The translations under genes and the position numbers were made by a program. Positions 8,635 through 18,847 of a stretch of 64,000 nt of DNA are shown here, piece by piece; the first letter of the stretch is position 1, and every line of letters begins with the position of its first letter. Source of the stretch: an uncultured Chloroflexia bacterium (lineage in GTDB: Bacteria > Chloroflexota > Limnocylindria > Limnocylindrales > CSP1-4); NCBI GenBank assembly GCA_963835335.1, contig CAWIFB010000014.1, forward strand, positions 773-64,772, given 5' to 3'. The notes under the pieces are model-generated. The model did no database searches, was not told where the DNA came from, and was given only the letters and a program-made list of their open reading frames with translations.

Positions 8635-9975
8635 ATGCGCACCGAACGCGTGCTCATCATGGGCGCCGCGGGCCGCGACTTCCACGATTTCAACGTGGTC
8701 TATCGCGATGATCCGTCGGTCGAGGTCGTCGCCTTCACGGCGACGCAGATCCCAGGTATCGCCGATCGCCGCTATCCGGCCGAGCTGGCCGGCGAGCGGT
8801 ACCCCTCGGGGATCCCGATCCGCCCGGAGAGCGAGCTGGAATCCCTGATCCGCGACCTGCAGGTTGACACCGTCGTGTTCGCCTACAGCGACGTCAGCCA
8901 CGAGCAGGTCATGCACGCCGCATCACGCGCGATGGCCGCCGGTGCGGACTTCGAGCTGCTCGGCCCGGCGCGCACGATGATCGCCAGCAGCCGCCCGGTC
9001 GTGTCCGTGTGCGCGGTGCGAACCGGGTCCGGCAAGAGCCAGACCAGCCGCTACGTCGCGACGCAGCTCGAGGCCCAGGGCCTCAAGGTCGCCGTCGTCC
9101 GCCACCCGATGCCCTACGGCGACCTCGTCGCGCAGCGTGTCCAGCGCTACGAGACGTACGCGGACCTCGACCGGTACGAGACCACGATCGAGGAGCGCGA
9201 GGAGTACGAGCCGCACCTCGACGCGGGCCGCCTCGTGTTCGCGGGTGTCGATTACGAGCAGATCCTGCGGGCGGCGGAGGCCGAGTCCGACGTCGTCATC
9301 TGGGACGGCGGCAACAACGACCTGCCGTTCTACCGCCCCGACGTCCAGATCGTGGTCGTGGACCCGCTGCGGCCCGGCCACGAGCTGCGCTACCACCCGG
9401 GCGAGGCCAACGTGCGCATGGCCGACGTGATCGTGATCAACAAGGTCGACTCGGCGACGCCGGAGGCCCTGGCGACCGTTCGCGCCGGGATCGCCGAGCT
9501 GAACCCGCGCGCGACCATCGTCGAGGCCCGCTCGTCGCTCACGCTCGAGGGTGGCGACATCCGCGGGCGGACCGTGGCCGTCGTCGAGGACGGACCGACG
9601 CTCACCCACGGCGGCATGACCTACGGTGCCGGCATCGTCGCGGCGAAGCGGTTCGGGGCCTCGGAGATCGTGGATCCCCGGCCGTATGCCACGGGCGAGC
9701 TTGCCGCGACGCTGGCGAAGTACCCGGCGCTGGAGCGGCTGCTGCCGGCGATGGGTTACGGCGACAAGCAGATCCACGAGCTCGAGGCCGCGCTGACCGC
9801 GATCCCGGCCGACGTGGTGCTGGCGGCGACGCCGATCGACTTCACCCGGGTGCTCTCGGTTCCCAAGCCGATCGTCCGCGTCCGGTACGAGCTGGAGCCG
9901 GTCGTCGGAACGCTGGACGTGCCGCTCGCCCCGATCGTCGCCCGCGCGAAGGCGGCGCTCGCGGCGGCTCGCTGA
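8635..9975 (+). CDS. P-loop protein resembling cyclic 2,3-diphosphoglycerate synthetase
   Basis: 446 aa; Walker-A-like RTGSGKSQTS; length and N-terminus (MRTERVLIMGAAGRDFHDFNVVY) as I recall for cPGS-family proteins; the assignment is from memory, not a search. Confidence 0.45.
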   Translation: MRTERVLIMGAAGRDFHDFNVVYRDDPSVEVVAFTATQIPGIADRRYPAELAGERYPSGIPIRPESELESLIRDLQVDTVVFAYSDVSHEQVMHAASRAMAAGADFELLGPARTMIASSRPVVSVCAVRTGSGKSQTSRYVATQLEAQGLKVAVVRHPMPYGDLVAQRVQRYETYADLDRYETTIEEREEYEPHLDAGRLVFAGVDYEQILRAAEAESDVVIWDGGNNDLPFYRPDVQIVVVDPLRPGHELRYHPGEANVRMADVIVINKVDSATPEALATVRAGIAELNPRATIVEARSSLTLEGGDIRGRTVAVVEDGPTLTHGGMTYGAGIVAAKRFGASEIVDPRPYATGELAATLAKYPALERLLPAMGYGDKQIHELEAALTAIPADVVLAATPIDFTRVLSVPKPIVRVRYELEPVVGTLDVPLAPIVARAKAALAAAR

Positions 9976-9993
9976 GCTTCTCGTTCCGGGTCT

Positions 9994-10024
9994 GGCCCGG
10001 CCGCGCCGACGGTGCGGCCGGGCC
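9994..10024 (+). terminator. GC-rich hairpin (11-bp perfect stem ggcccggccgc/gcggccgggcc, 9-nt loop) just after the cPGS-like gene
   Basis: Perfect inverted repeat seen directly; no U-tract, so it would be an actinobacterial I-shaped terminator type. Confidence 0.45.
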
Positions 10025-10362
10025 GGCCTATGCCCGGCTCGTCGCGGGCACCTGCCGGGCCCGCCGCGGGGCATCCGCTGGGCCGCGGGCCCGACGCCCG
10101 TTCGCCCCAACCGTTCGGGTCATTCAGCACGGAGGCGACTGGTCGTCGCTGGATTCGGACGACTGGGCACGGAAATCGGGTCAGGTAGCCGCGACGCGGG
10201 TATGCGACGCGGATCTGGGTCGGCGCGCGCGCCCGCGCCGGGACGAGCAACCGGGTGGGGACTATCTGACACAAACGGGATCGCCAGCGGAACGGCGAGC
10301 GAGCCACCTCGATGGGCGCGGGGCCGGCCGACCCGGTGGGGCGGCCGGCCCTCAAGTCGTGG

Positions 10363-11708
10363 CTATTTCGCGGCGGTGCCGAACCAGGCCTGGTCGCTGC
10401 CGGCAAACAGGATCCCGTCGCGCATCAGGAACGGGGTGACCTGTCCTGTCGTGGCGGCAGACGTGTCGCCGGTCAGGGTGAGCTGTGTCCAGTCGGTGCC
10501 GTCGAGCGAGATCCAGTACTCGGTCGGCTGGTTGTCGGCGCTGATCCCGTAGCCGAGGAGGCGGGTCCCGTCTCCCGAGAACAGCCCGTTCGCGCTGCCG
10601 GAGCCTTCGCCCTGCTGCCAGAGGCCCAGCGGGTCCGTCGGCGAGCGACCAGGTTCGTCCGTCGGCTGAAGCCCAGAACGAGGCGAGGCCGGGCACCTCG
10701 TTGGTGGAGCTCATCGCGACCAGCCCGCCACCGCCGGCGTGCACCCCGCTGAACCCGTCACCCGGATGTGGCTGGACCGTCGGCGACCGACCAGGTCAGG
10801 CCATCATCCGACAACCAGGCGAGGGGTGACCCCGTCCCGGTGCCCGTTTCCCCGACGGCCACGAAGCCGGTCGCGGAACGCCGCCACGCCCTGCACCACG
10901 GCAGTCGCGGGCCCGGGCAGCGACACGGCTTGCCATGTGCGCCCATCGGTGCTGACCTCGAGTCGGTTGCGCGACTCGGCGAGCACCGCGACGATGCCGC
11001 CGGGGCCGCCGGCGATGTCGCTTTCGCGGCCGAAGCGGAGCGCAGGAGCCGGTGTCGATGTCCAGGTCGTCCCATCGGTCGAGTGCCAGGCGGTCGTCAT
11101 GCCCGTGGCTGATTCCGTCACGACCAGGATCCCATCGGGAGCGGGCGCCGCCAGTACTGCGCTGGCTGAGCCGAGCGTGCCCTCCGCAAGGCTGTTCCAG
11201 TGGCGGCCATCGCCCGAGATCCAGGCCGGCAGCGGGCTCGTGTCACCGGTCGTCGCGCCGAGCGCCAGGTATCCGTCGGACCAGGCCACGACCGACCACG
11301 GCTGCGGAGCACCTGACACCGGCACGAGGTCGAGCGATGCCCAGGGCTCTGTGCTCACCGGTGGGATCGTTCCGCCCGGCAGGCCGCTGGTCGGGCTCTG
11401 AGTCGGATAGGGCGAGATGGCGGGCGATGGATGGGGGGTGGCCGAGGCCGATGGCGACGGGGCGATCGACGGGCTCGCCCCGACCGGGGCGAGCAGCCCG
11501 CCGGGCCGGAACGCGACGACCAGCGCCACGACGGCCACCGCGGCAATGCCCGCGGCGATGGCCGGCATCCGGCCCAGGAACGCCCATCGACTCACCGGAC
11601 GGGTCATCCCGTCCTCGATCCGGAGGGCGAGCCCGCGGGGTGCGGTGGACGGGTCCAGTGATCGGTAGTGGTTGCGAAGACGCTGTTCGAGGTCGTTGTC
11701 GGTCATCG
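10363..11708 (-). pseudogene. anti-sigma factor with TM segment and extracytoplasmic DGxTW-repeat domain, disrupted by three +1 frameshifts
   Basis: Start MTDNDLEQRLRNHYRSL overlaps the ECF sigma stop (ATGA). A TM helix and Pro/Ser linker are followed by repeats (STDGTTWTSTP, STDGRTWQAVS, SGDGRHWNSL). The sensible translation then moves through pieces 10758..11075 and 10352..10744 and back to the original frame, ending DQAWFGTAAK, stop about 10363. Confidence 0.55.
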
Positions 11709-12227
11709 GGTTGCCCCTTCCAGGCGGCGCTCCGCGTCGAGCGCCGCGCGCAGGTGTTGCAGCGTGGTGTGGAGCCGCGACTTGACGGTCCCCTCGGGAA
11801 CCTCGAGCCGTTCCGCGATCTCGGGCACGGTGAGCTCGCGCCCGAAGCGCAGCGCGAGGAGCGCCTGTTCGTCGGCGCTCAGCCGGCCGATCGCAGGGCT
11901 GAGGTCCACACGCTCCGGCACTCCGCCCGAGCCGGCGTCGACGACTGGATTGAGGGCGACCACGCGCGGCCGTCTCGCCTGTCGCCGGAGCTCGTCGCGA
12001 CAGACGTTGACGAGGATCCGGGTGAACCAGCCGTCGACCGCGGCGCTGTCCCGCAACGACCGGCGTCGTCGCCAGGCGAGGAGCGCAGCCTCCTGGACGC
12101 AATCCTCGGCGAGCTGCCGGTCGTGCAGGATGAACGTCGCCAGCCGGAAGGCGTCATCGATCCGGGCGAGCAGCATCCGGTGCACGGCATCGTCGGCGGT
12201 TGCAGTCGTCATCGTCTGGTCGAGCAT
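11703..12227 (-). CDS. ECF (sigma-70 family) RNA polymerase sigma factor
   Basis: 174 aa; region 2 (CVQEAALLAWRRRRS) and region 4 (LTVPEIAERLEVPEGTVKSRL). Confidence 0.85.
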   Translation of the reverse strand: MLDQTMTTATADDAVHRMLLARIDDAFRLATFILHDRQLAEDCVQEAALLAWRRRRSLRDSAAVDGWFTRILVNVCRDELRRQARRPRVVALNPVVDAGSGGVPERVDLSPAIGRLSADEQALLALRFGRELTVPEIAERLEVPEGTVKSRLHTTLQHLRAALDAERRLEGATR

Positions 12228-12303
12228 GGCCCCTCCCCGGGGTGCAGGTCTGGAACGTGCTCCCGGATAGACGCTCGACCCCCGGCGACCGTTCGAACTT
12301 CGT

Positions 12304-13311
12304 TCAGGCGCAGGTCAGGACGGCCGTCCCGGCCACCTGCCCGGACGCCAGCCGTGCGATCGCGACGTTCGCGTCGGCCAGGGGGTGCGTCTCGGTATCC
12401 GTCGTGAGCCCGATCCGCGCCGCCAGGTCCAGGTACTCGATCGCATCCTCGCGGGTGACGTTGGCCACGCTCCGGATCGATCGCTCCCACCACAGGTCGT
12501 CGTAGGGCATCGCGGGCAGCTGGTCCAGGTGGATGGCGTTGATGGCGACGATGCCGCCGCGATCAAGCGCGCGGAGGGCTGCGGCCACCACGACACCGAC
12601 GGGAGCGAACGTCACGGCCGCGTCCAGCGCGACCGGGGGACGCGTCTCGATGCCCCCCGCCCACCGCGCACCGAGCTCGAGCGCCCGCCGCTGCTCGACA
12701 GGGGAGCGGGTGGCGACGTAGACGTCGGCGCCCCACGCGCGGGCGACCTGGAGCGCCTGCCGCGCGGAGGCGCCGAACCCGTACAGGCCAAGGCTGGCAC
12801 CGGCTGACGACGGGCCGATCCCGGCAACCCGCAGCGCCCGGTAGCCGATCACCCCGCCGCACAGGAGGGGCGCCGCCGACAGGTCCGGAAACGCGGCCGG
12901 CAGCCGGACGGCGAACGCGGCGCGGACGACCATGGCCTCCGCGAACCCGCCGTCGCGGTCCCACCCGGTGAACGTCGCGGCCTCGCACAGGTTCTCGCGA
13001 CCGCTCGCGCAGAAGCGGCACGTGCCGTCGGTGCCGGCCAGCCAGGTCACCCCGGCGCGCTCGCCGGCGACCCAGCCATCCACGTCCGGCCCGAGCGCGT
13101 CGACGACGCCCACCACCTGGTGACCCGGGACGATCGGCAGCCGTCGCGGGGCGAGGTCGCCGGTGCAGATCTGGAGATCGGTCCGGCAGACGCCGCACGC
13201 GGTCACGCGGATCCGCAGCTCGCCGGCGCCCGGGCTGGGTGGCGGCCGATCCTGGGCGTGCAGGGGGCTGGAGCCGGCCGGTCCGGGTGCCTCGAGCACC
13301 ATTGCGCGCAT
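12304..13311 (-). CDS. zinc-binding alcohol dehydrogenase family protein
   Basis: Only the 3' 1008 nt of listed ORF 12304..14325 code for MRAMVLEAPG...; motifs GVCRTDLQI, GHQVVGVV, FGASARQALQVA. Confidence 0.8.
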   Translation of the reverse strand: MRAMVLEAPGPAGSSPLHAQDRPPPSPGAGELRIRVTACGVCRTDLQICTGDLAPRRLPIVPGHQVVGVVDALGPDVDGWVAGERAGVTWLAGTDGTCRFCASGRENLCEAATFTGWDRDGGFAEAMVVRAAFAVRLPAAFPDLSAAPLLCGGVIGYRALRVAGIGPSSAGASLGLYGFGASARQALQVARAWGADVYVATRSPVEQRRALELGARWAGGIETRPPVALDAAVTFAPVGVVVAAALRALDRGGIVAINAIHLDQLPAMPYDDLWWERSIRSVANVTREDAIEYLDLAARIGLTTDTETHPLADANVAIARLASGQVAGTAVLTCA

Positions 13312-13521
13312 GTCGCGAGGGTAGTCCTCGCAGCCGGCGACGGCACGACGGCAATGACCGAAGGCCCGGATCGGCCAGGATCGCAGCGGGCTTGACGGCA
13401 CGCCCGCCCCGGGACGGGTCACTGATCCGGTGGACCGTGCGGCGGTCCGATCGGGACGAACGGCAGGCGAAGCCGGTGGCGGCCGGATCGACGATGGTGT
13501 CGCCCCCCAGGAGACAACGCC

Positions 13522-13881
13522 ATGCACGGAACCACACGCACCCGCCCGCCCCGCGAGCACACCGGATCCGGTGTCAACGCGGTGGTCTGGATCGACCGCG
13601 GGCACGCCATCATCGTCCGCGGCGGCGCCACCGGGGAGCCGGTTTCGCTCGACCTCCCGATGCCGCGCGCATCCGGCGACACCCCGCCCGTCCTCGCGCA
13701 GATCGCGCACCGGATCGGCGACGTGGACCGGGTCGTGGTCCTTGGTGTGGACGACCTGCGCACGGCGCTCGAGCGCGAGATCGTCGCGATCGGGCACAGG
13801 CCGGAGTCGATCCGCGACGAGTCCGCGCCCGCCGGTGTCGACACGGCGAGCCTGATCGCGCGCCTCCGGCGCCTCGCGTGA
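13522..13881 (+). CDS. small Host_attach / bacterial eRF1-like family protein (paralog 1)
   Basis: 119 aa; RBS AGGAGA 8 nt upstream; N-terminal VVWIDRGHAIIVRG and C-terminal IGDVDRVVVLGVDDLRTALEREI; paralog of 27152..27610. Confidence 0.55.
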   Translation: MHGTTRTRPPREHTGSGVNAVVWIDRGHAIIVRGGATGEPVSLDLPMPRASGDTPPVLAQIAHRIGDVDRVVVLGVDDLRTALEREIVAIGHRPESIRDESAPAGVDTASLIARLRRLA

Positions 13882-14083
13882 TCCTGCCGGCGGCCGGCCG
13901 ATCTGCCTGCGCGGCGTCACCCCGCCCGGGACCGTCTTCGCGGTGCTCCAGCCGACCGGCCCGGCGCACCGGGACCGACGGCACTCCCGGCTCGGCCCGC
14001 CCGCGGCGGAGCATGGGCGTGCGGGCCCGGCGTGCGCGACCCGATCGCGCAGTCCGAAGCCACAACGAGTGAGGTCAGCCTCG

Positions 14084-14602
14084 ATGTCAGCTTCGTCGTC
14101 GCCCTCCCTGCCGTCCACGGATCCTGTCGCTGCCCTCAGCGCCTCGTGGTTCGGGGCGGGGTTGTCGCCCGACACCGTCGCTCGCCTTGCGGGCATCGCC
14201 GAGCTGAAGGACGTTGACCCAGGCGTGGAGCTGACGCGCGAAGGACAGGTCACAGAGGCCTTCGCCATCGTGCTGTCGGGGCGCGTCGCACTGCGGATGC
14301 TGATCCCGGAGCGCGGCATGGTCACGATCCTGACCGTCGAGCCGGGCGACGTCCTCGGCTGGTCGGCGGTCGTGCCTCCCCACCGCGGGACGGCGACTGC
14401 CGTGGCGATCGAGCCGGTGCGCCTGCTCGACTTCGAGGGCGAGCGGCTGCGCGCGCTGCTGCGCTCCGACCACGCGCTCGCCGCGTCGCTCTACCCGCGC
14501 ATCCTCGTGGCCGTGAGCCGGCGACTCTCTGCCACGCGGCTCCAGCTGCTCGACCTGTTCGCCCGCGAGGAGTGGGGACGCCGGGAGATCCAGCCGTGGT
14601 GA
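14084..14602 (+). CDS. cyclic-nucleotide-binding domain protein (no HTH detected)
   Basis: ATG at 14084 preceded by GAGG; cNMP-binding beta-roll EAFAIVLSGRVALRM...GDVLGWSAVV...RGTATAVAIEPVRLL; the 3' end overlaps the hydrogenase first gene. Confidence 0.7.
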   Translation: MSASSSPSLPSTDPVAALSASWFGAGLSPDTVARLAGIAELKDVDPGVELTREGQVTEAFAIVLSGRVALRMLIPERGMVTILTVEPGDVLGWSAVVPPHRGTATAVAIEPVRLLDFEGERLRALLRSDHALAASLYPRILVAVSRRLSATRLQLLDLFAREEWGRREIQPW

Positions 14603-16633
14603 ACGGCGACCAGCCGTCCTACCTCCCGATTCCCGGCCCCGCCGGCGTGGCGGCGACCGCCGCCGACGACGCGGCCGGCCGGAGCGGCGGCTCCTGGTTC
14701 CTCGCGCGGGCGAACCTGGGCGTCCTGATCGACCTGCTCCGCGCGGACGGCCGGACCGTGGTCGGCCCGACCCTGGTCGACGGCTCGATCACGTACGCGG
14801 AGATCGAGAGTGTGGACGACCTGCCTGTCGGCATGGGCGCCGAGCAGGCGCCCGGCAGCTACCGCCTCGTCGAGCGAGACGACGAGCGGGTGTTCGCCTA
14901 CACCGTCGGGCCGATCAGCCCGAAGCGCTGGACGTTCCCATCTCCGGTCACGCTCAACGTCGGCCACCGCGAGGGCAAGACCGTGTCGTTCGAGCGCGTC
15001 CCGGTCGACCCGCCCAGGCTGGCGTTCCTGGGCGTCAGGGCGTGCGAGATCGCCGCGATGGGGATCCACGACCGCGTGCTGCTGGGCGGCCCGTATACCG
15101 ACGAGGACTACCGCGCGCGACGCGACCCAGGTGCTGGTGATCGCGGTCAACTGCACGACCTCGTCGTCGACCTGCTTCTGCACCTCGATGGACACGGGTC
15201 CCGAGGTGCGATCCGGCTACGACCTCGCGCTCACCGAGCTGGACGACGGGTTCGTCGTCCGTGTGGGGACGCCGGCGGGCGCCGACATCCTGGCCCGGCT
15301 GCCGGTGCGCGGCGCGGACACGGCCCAGGTGACGACCGCCGCCGAGGCGGTGGCCGCCGTCGCGACCCGGATGGGCGACCCGGTGCCCACCGCAGGCCTC
15401 CATGACCGCCTGATGGCCCAGTTCGACAGTCCCCGATGGGCGCAGATCGCCGAGCGCTGCCTGTCGTGCGCCAACTGCACCATGGTCTGCCCCACCTGCT
15501 TCTGCAACAGCGTCATCCAGCAGACGGACCTCGAGGGCCGGACCTCGACATCCGAGCGCGTCTGGGACTCGTGCTTCACAGCCGCCTTCGCGCGCGTCGC
15601 CGGCGGCAACTTCCGGAGCCGGCCGCGCGACCGGTACCGGCAGTGGCTGACCCACAAGTTCGCGACCTGGGTGGACCAGTTCGGCACCTCCGGCTGCGTC
15701 GGCTGCGGGCGGTGCATCACCTGGTGCCCGGTCGGGATCGACGTGCGCGAGGAGCTGCTCGCGATCGCGCCGCCCCTCGCGGCCCGCCCGGAGCCGGTCA
15801 AGCCGGCGCCGGTTGCGGCGACCCCGGGCTCGTACGTCACGGCGCGCGTCCTGGCCGTGCACCCCGAGACCGCCGACGTGACCACGCTGACGGTGGGCGA
15901 CGTCGACGCCCCGTTCCTGGGCGGTGATTTCGGCCAGTTCGCGATGATCGACATCCCGGCCTTCCCGCCGCTGCCGATCTCGATCTCGCGCTTCGGTCGC
16001 GATTCGATCGAGTTCACCGTCCGCGCGGCGGGTCCCGCGACGGCCGCGCTGGTGGGGCTCGGTAGCGGGGACGAGATCGGCCTGCGCGGCCCGCTCGGCA
16101 GCTCGTGGCCGATCGAGCGCGCGATCGGCCATGACGTCGTGATCGTGACCGGTGGCATCGGTCTCGCGCCGCTGCGTCCGCTGATCGACGGGCTGCTGGC
16201 CAAGCGCGACCGGTTCGACGCCATCCGCCTCTACTACGGGGCGCGGACGCCCGCGGACCACCTCTACCAGGCGGAGCTGCGCGCCTGGGCGGCACGCGGC
16301 GACATCGACGTCCAGCTCACGGTGGACCGGGCTGGCGACGAGTGGACGGGTCCCGTCGGCGTCGTGACCCACCTGTTCGACCGGGCCACCTGGGACGGCA
16401 CCCGCTCGCTCGCGTTCGTGTGCGGGCCGGAGCGGATGATGGAGGCGACGGTCGACGCGCTCGAGAACCGCGGGCTCGCCCCGGACCGGATCTTCGTCAC
16501 GCTCGAGCGCCACATGCAGTGCGGGATCGGCCTGTGCGGCCACTGCCAGATGGGCCGCCTGTTCGTGTGCAAGGACGGCCCGGTGTTCGCCCTGTCCGAG
16601 CTCGGCGACATCTTCGGCCGGGAGGGAATCTGA
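14572..16633 (+). CDS. [NiFe] hydrogenase group-3b-type beta (4Fe-4S) and gamma (FAD/NAD(P), 2Fe-2S) subunits, apparently fused; one frameshift near 15118-15122
   Basis: Listed ORFs 14572..15405 and 14810..16633 join at DEDYRARRD|ATQVLVIAVNCTTSSSTCFC inside a (cg)n tract. FeS motifs CLSCANCTMVCPTCFC and CVGCGRCITWCP are followed by a gamma module with no stop or restart (GGIGLAPLRPL...IFVTLERHMQCGIGLCGHCQ...CKDGPVF). Alternative start GTG 14596. Confidence 0.7.
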
Positions 16634-17505
16634 TGCCGTCGACCGCCACCAAGCCCCGGCTGCGGGTGGGCGTCGTCAAGATGGCCTCCTGCGACGGCTG
16701 CCAGCTGACGCTGCTCGATCTCGAGACGGACCTCCTGGACCTGGCACAGCGCTTCGAGATCGTGGAGTTCCCGGAAGCGAGCTCCAGCCGCTCGGCCGGC
16801 CCGTATGACGTGCTGCTGGTCGAGGGCTCGGTCAGCACCCCGGACCAGGCGGCCGAGATCGTCGAGCTGCGCAAGCAGGCCAAGCGCCTGGTGACCATCG
16901 GCGCGTGCGCGACCTACGGCGGCATCCAGGCGCTGCGCAACTGGTCGGACCACGATGCGATCCGCGCTTCCGTGTACCCGCACCCGGAGTACATCGAGTC
17001 GCTCGCGACGGCCACGCCCGTGTCGGAGCACGTGGAGGTCGACGCCGAGCTGCACGGGTGCCCCATCAGCGCGGACCAGCTGCGCGAGCTGCTGGTGTCG
17101 GTGGCCGTCGGGCGACGGCCCCAGATCCGCGACGAGGCCGTGTGCCTGGCGTGCAAGCGCCGGAGCGTCGTGTGCGTGATGGTCTCGCAGGGGATCCCGT
17201 GCCTCGGGCCGGTGACCCGCAGCGGCTGCGGCGCGCTGTGCCCGCGGTTCGGGCGTGGCTGCTACGGCTGCTACGGACCGCGCGAGCAGGCCAACCCGGC
17301 CAGCCTCGGGCGGACGTTCGCGGCGGACGGCCGGGAGGGCGTCGAGGTGAGCCGCCTGTTCGCCGGGTTCACCGCCTGGTCGGCGCCGTTCCGGGGCGTC
17401 ATCGACGAGCACGGAGGCCCGCCCGGCGTGCTGGCTCCCGCCACCCGGCCGGTCACCGCCGGCCCGGACGAACCGACACGAGGAGCCGACGATGCACGGC
17501 GATGA
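16633..17505 (+). CDS. [NiFe] hydrogenase small (delta) subunit
   Basis: ATG overlaps the upstream TGA; RBS GGAGGG; VGVVKMASCDGCQLTLLDL and downstream Cys clusters (GACATYGG, CLACKRRSVVC, CLGPVTRSGCGALCP). Confidence 0.85.
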   Translation: MPSTATKPRLRVGVVKMASCDGCQLTLLDLETDLLDLAQRFEIVEFPEASSSRSAGPYDVLLVEGSVSTPDQAAEIVELRKQAKRLVTIGACATYGGIQALRNWSDHDAIRASVYPHPEYIESLATATPVSEHVEVDAELHGCPISADQLRELLVSVAVGRRPQIRDEAVCLACKRRSVVCVMVSQGIPCLGPVTRSGCGALCPRFGRGCYGCYGPREQANPASLGRTFAADGREGVEVSRLFAGFTAWSAPFRGVIDEHGGPPGVLAPATRPVTAGPDEPTRGADDARR

Positions 17506-18847
17506 CGGCGGCACGCTCGTCGTCGACGCCCCGGGTGGTGAGCGCGAGTTCAAGGTCGGGTACCTGACCCGGGTCGAGGGCGAGGGCTCCCTGAGCCTCA
17601 CGGTCCGCGGGACGGACGTCGTCGAGGCGCGGCTCAAGATCTTCGAGGCGCCGCGGTACTTCGAGCGGCTCGTCGTGGGTCGCACGGGCGACGAGGTCAT
17701 CGACATCGTGGCCCGGATCTGCGGGATCTGCCCCATCGCGTACCAGATGTCCGCGGTCCACGGGTTCGAGGACCTGTACGGGATCGAGATCGACCCAGCC
17801 GTCCGGGCGCTCCGGCGGGTCCTGTACTGCGGGGAGTGGATCCAGAGCCACGCGCTCCACATCTACCTGCTTCACGCGCCGGACTTCCTGGGCTATCCAT
17901 CCGCGCTCGCGATGGCTGCCGACCACCGGGAGGTCGTCGAGCAGGGGCTGGCGATCAAGCGGGTCGGCAACCAGCTGATCGCAGCGCTCGGCGGCCGGCC
18001 CATCCACCCGATCTCGGTTCGCGTTGGCGGCTTCTCGCGGGTGCCGCGGCGGGCGGATCTCGACGCCGTGCGCCAGGCGCTCGACGCCGCGGTCGACCAG
18101 TCGCTCGCGACCGTGCGCCTGGTCGCGACCTGGGATCCCCCCGAGCTGGTGCACGAGCAGCCACTGGTGGCCATGCGGCACCCGACGGAGTACCCGTACA
18201 ACGACGGGCGGATCGTGTCGACGGACGGTCTCGACCTCGCGCCCGGCGCCTGGGGCGAGGCGTTCGAGGAGCACCACATCGAGGGCACCAACGCGCTCCA
18301 CGCGCGCACCCGCGACGGCCAGGTGTACCTGCTGGGTCCCACGGCGCGGATCGCGCTCACCGCGGACACGCTGCACCCGATGGCCCGGGAGGCGCTCGAG
18401 GCGACCGGCCTGCGGGACGAGATCCGGAGCAACATCCACCGCTCGATCGTCGCGCGCGCCGTCGAGCTGCTCCATGCGTGCGCCGAGGCCCGTGACCTGA
18501 TCGACGGGTATCGCCAGCCCAGCCGGCCCAAGGTCGAGTTCACGCCACGTGCCGGCGTGGCGGCCTGGTCCACGGAGGCGCCGCGCGGCCTCCTCCATCA
18601 CCGGTACGAGGTGGACGAGCGCGGGCACGTCGTGCACGCCCAGATCGTGCCCCCGACCAGCCAGAACCAGGGGGCCATCGAGGCCGACCTCGCGGCATTC
18701 GCCCCGAGCGTCCTCGATCTTCCACATGCGGAGGCGACCCATCGCCTCGAGATGCTGATCCGGGCCTACGACCCGTGCATCAGCTGCGCCACCCACTTCC
18801 TCGATCTCCGGATCGCGGAAGCGGGGGCAGAGGAGGGGTTCGGATGA
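17492..18847 (+). CDS. [NiFe] hydrogenase large (alpha) subunit
   Basis: 451 aa; N-terminal L1-like RICGICPIAY and C-terminal L2 DPCISCATH, followed by a cleavable extension FLDLRIAEAGAEEGFG. Confidence 0.85.
   Translation: MHGDDGGTLVVDAPGGEREFKVGYLTRVEGEGSLSLTVRGTDVVEARLKIFEAPRYFERLVVGRTGDEVIDIVARICGICPIAYQMSAVHGFEDLYGIEIDPAVRALRRVLYCGEWIQSHALHIYLLHAPDFLGYPSALAMAADHREVVEQGLAIKRVGNQLIAALGGRPIHPISVRVGGFSRVPRRADLDAVRQALDAAVDQSLATVRLVATWDPPELVHEQPLVAMRHPTEYPYNDGRIVSTDGLDLAPGAWGEAFEEHHIEGTNALHARTRDGQVYLLGPTARIALTADTLHPMAREALEATGLRDEIRSNIHRSIVARAVELLHACAEARDLIDGYRQPSRPKVEFTPRAGVAAWSTEAPRGLLHHRYEVDERGHVVHAQIVPPTSQNQGAIEADLAAFAPSVLDLPHAEATHRLEMLIRAYDPCISCATHFLDLRIAEAGAEEGFG

Noticed and set aside
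13312-14325. Upstream 338 codons of ORF 12304..14325(-)
   Set aside because: The ADH domain is complete from 13311. The upstream translation is nonsense and overlaps two plus-strand genes that have RBSs
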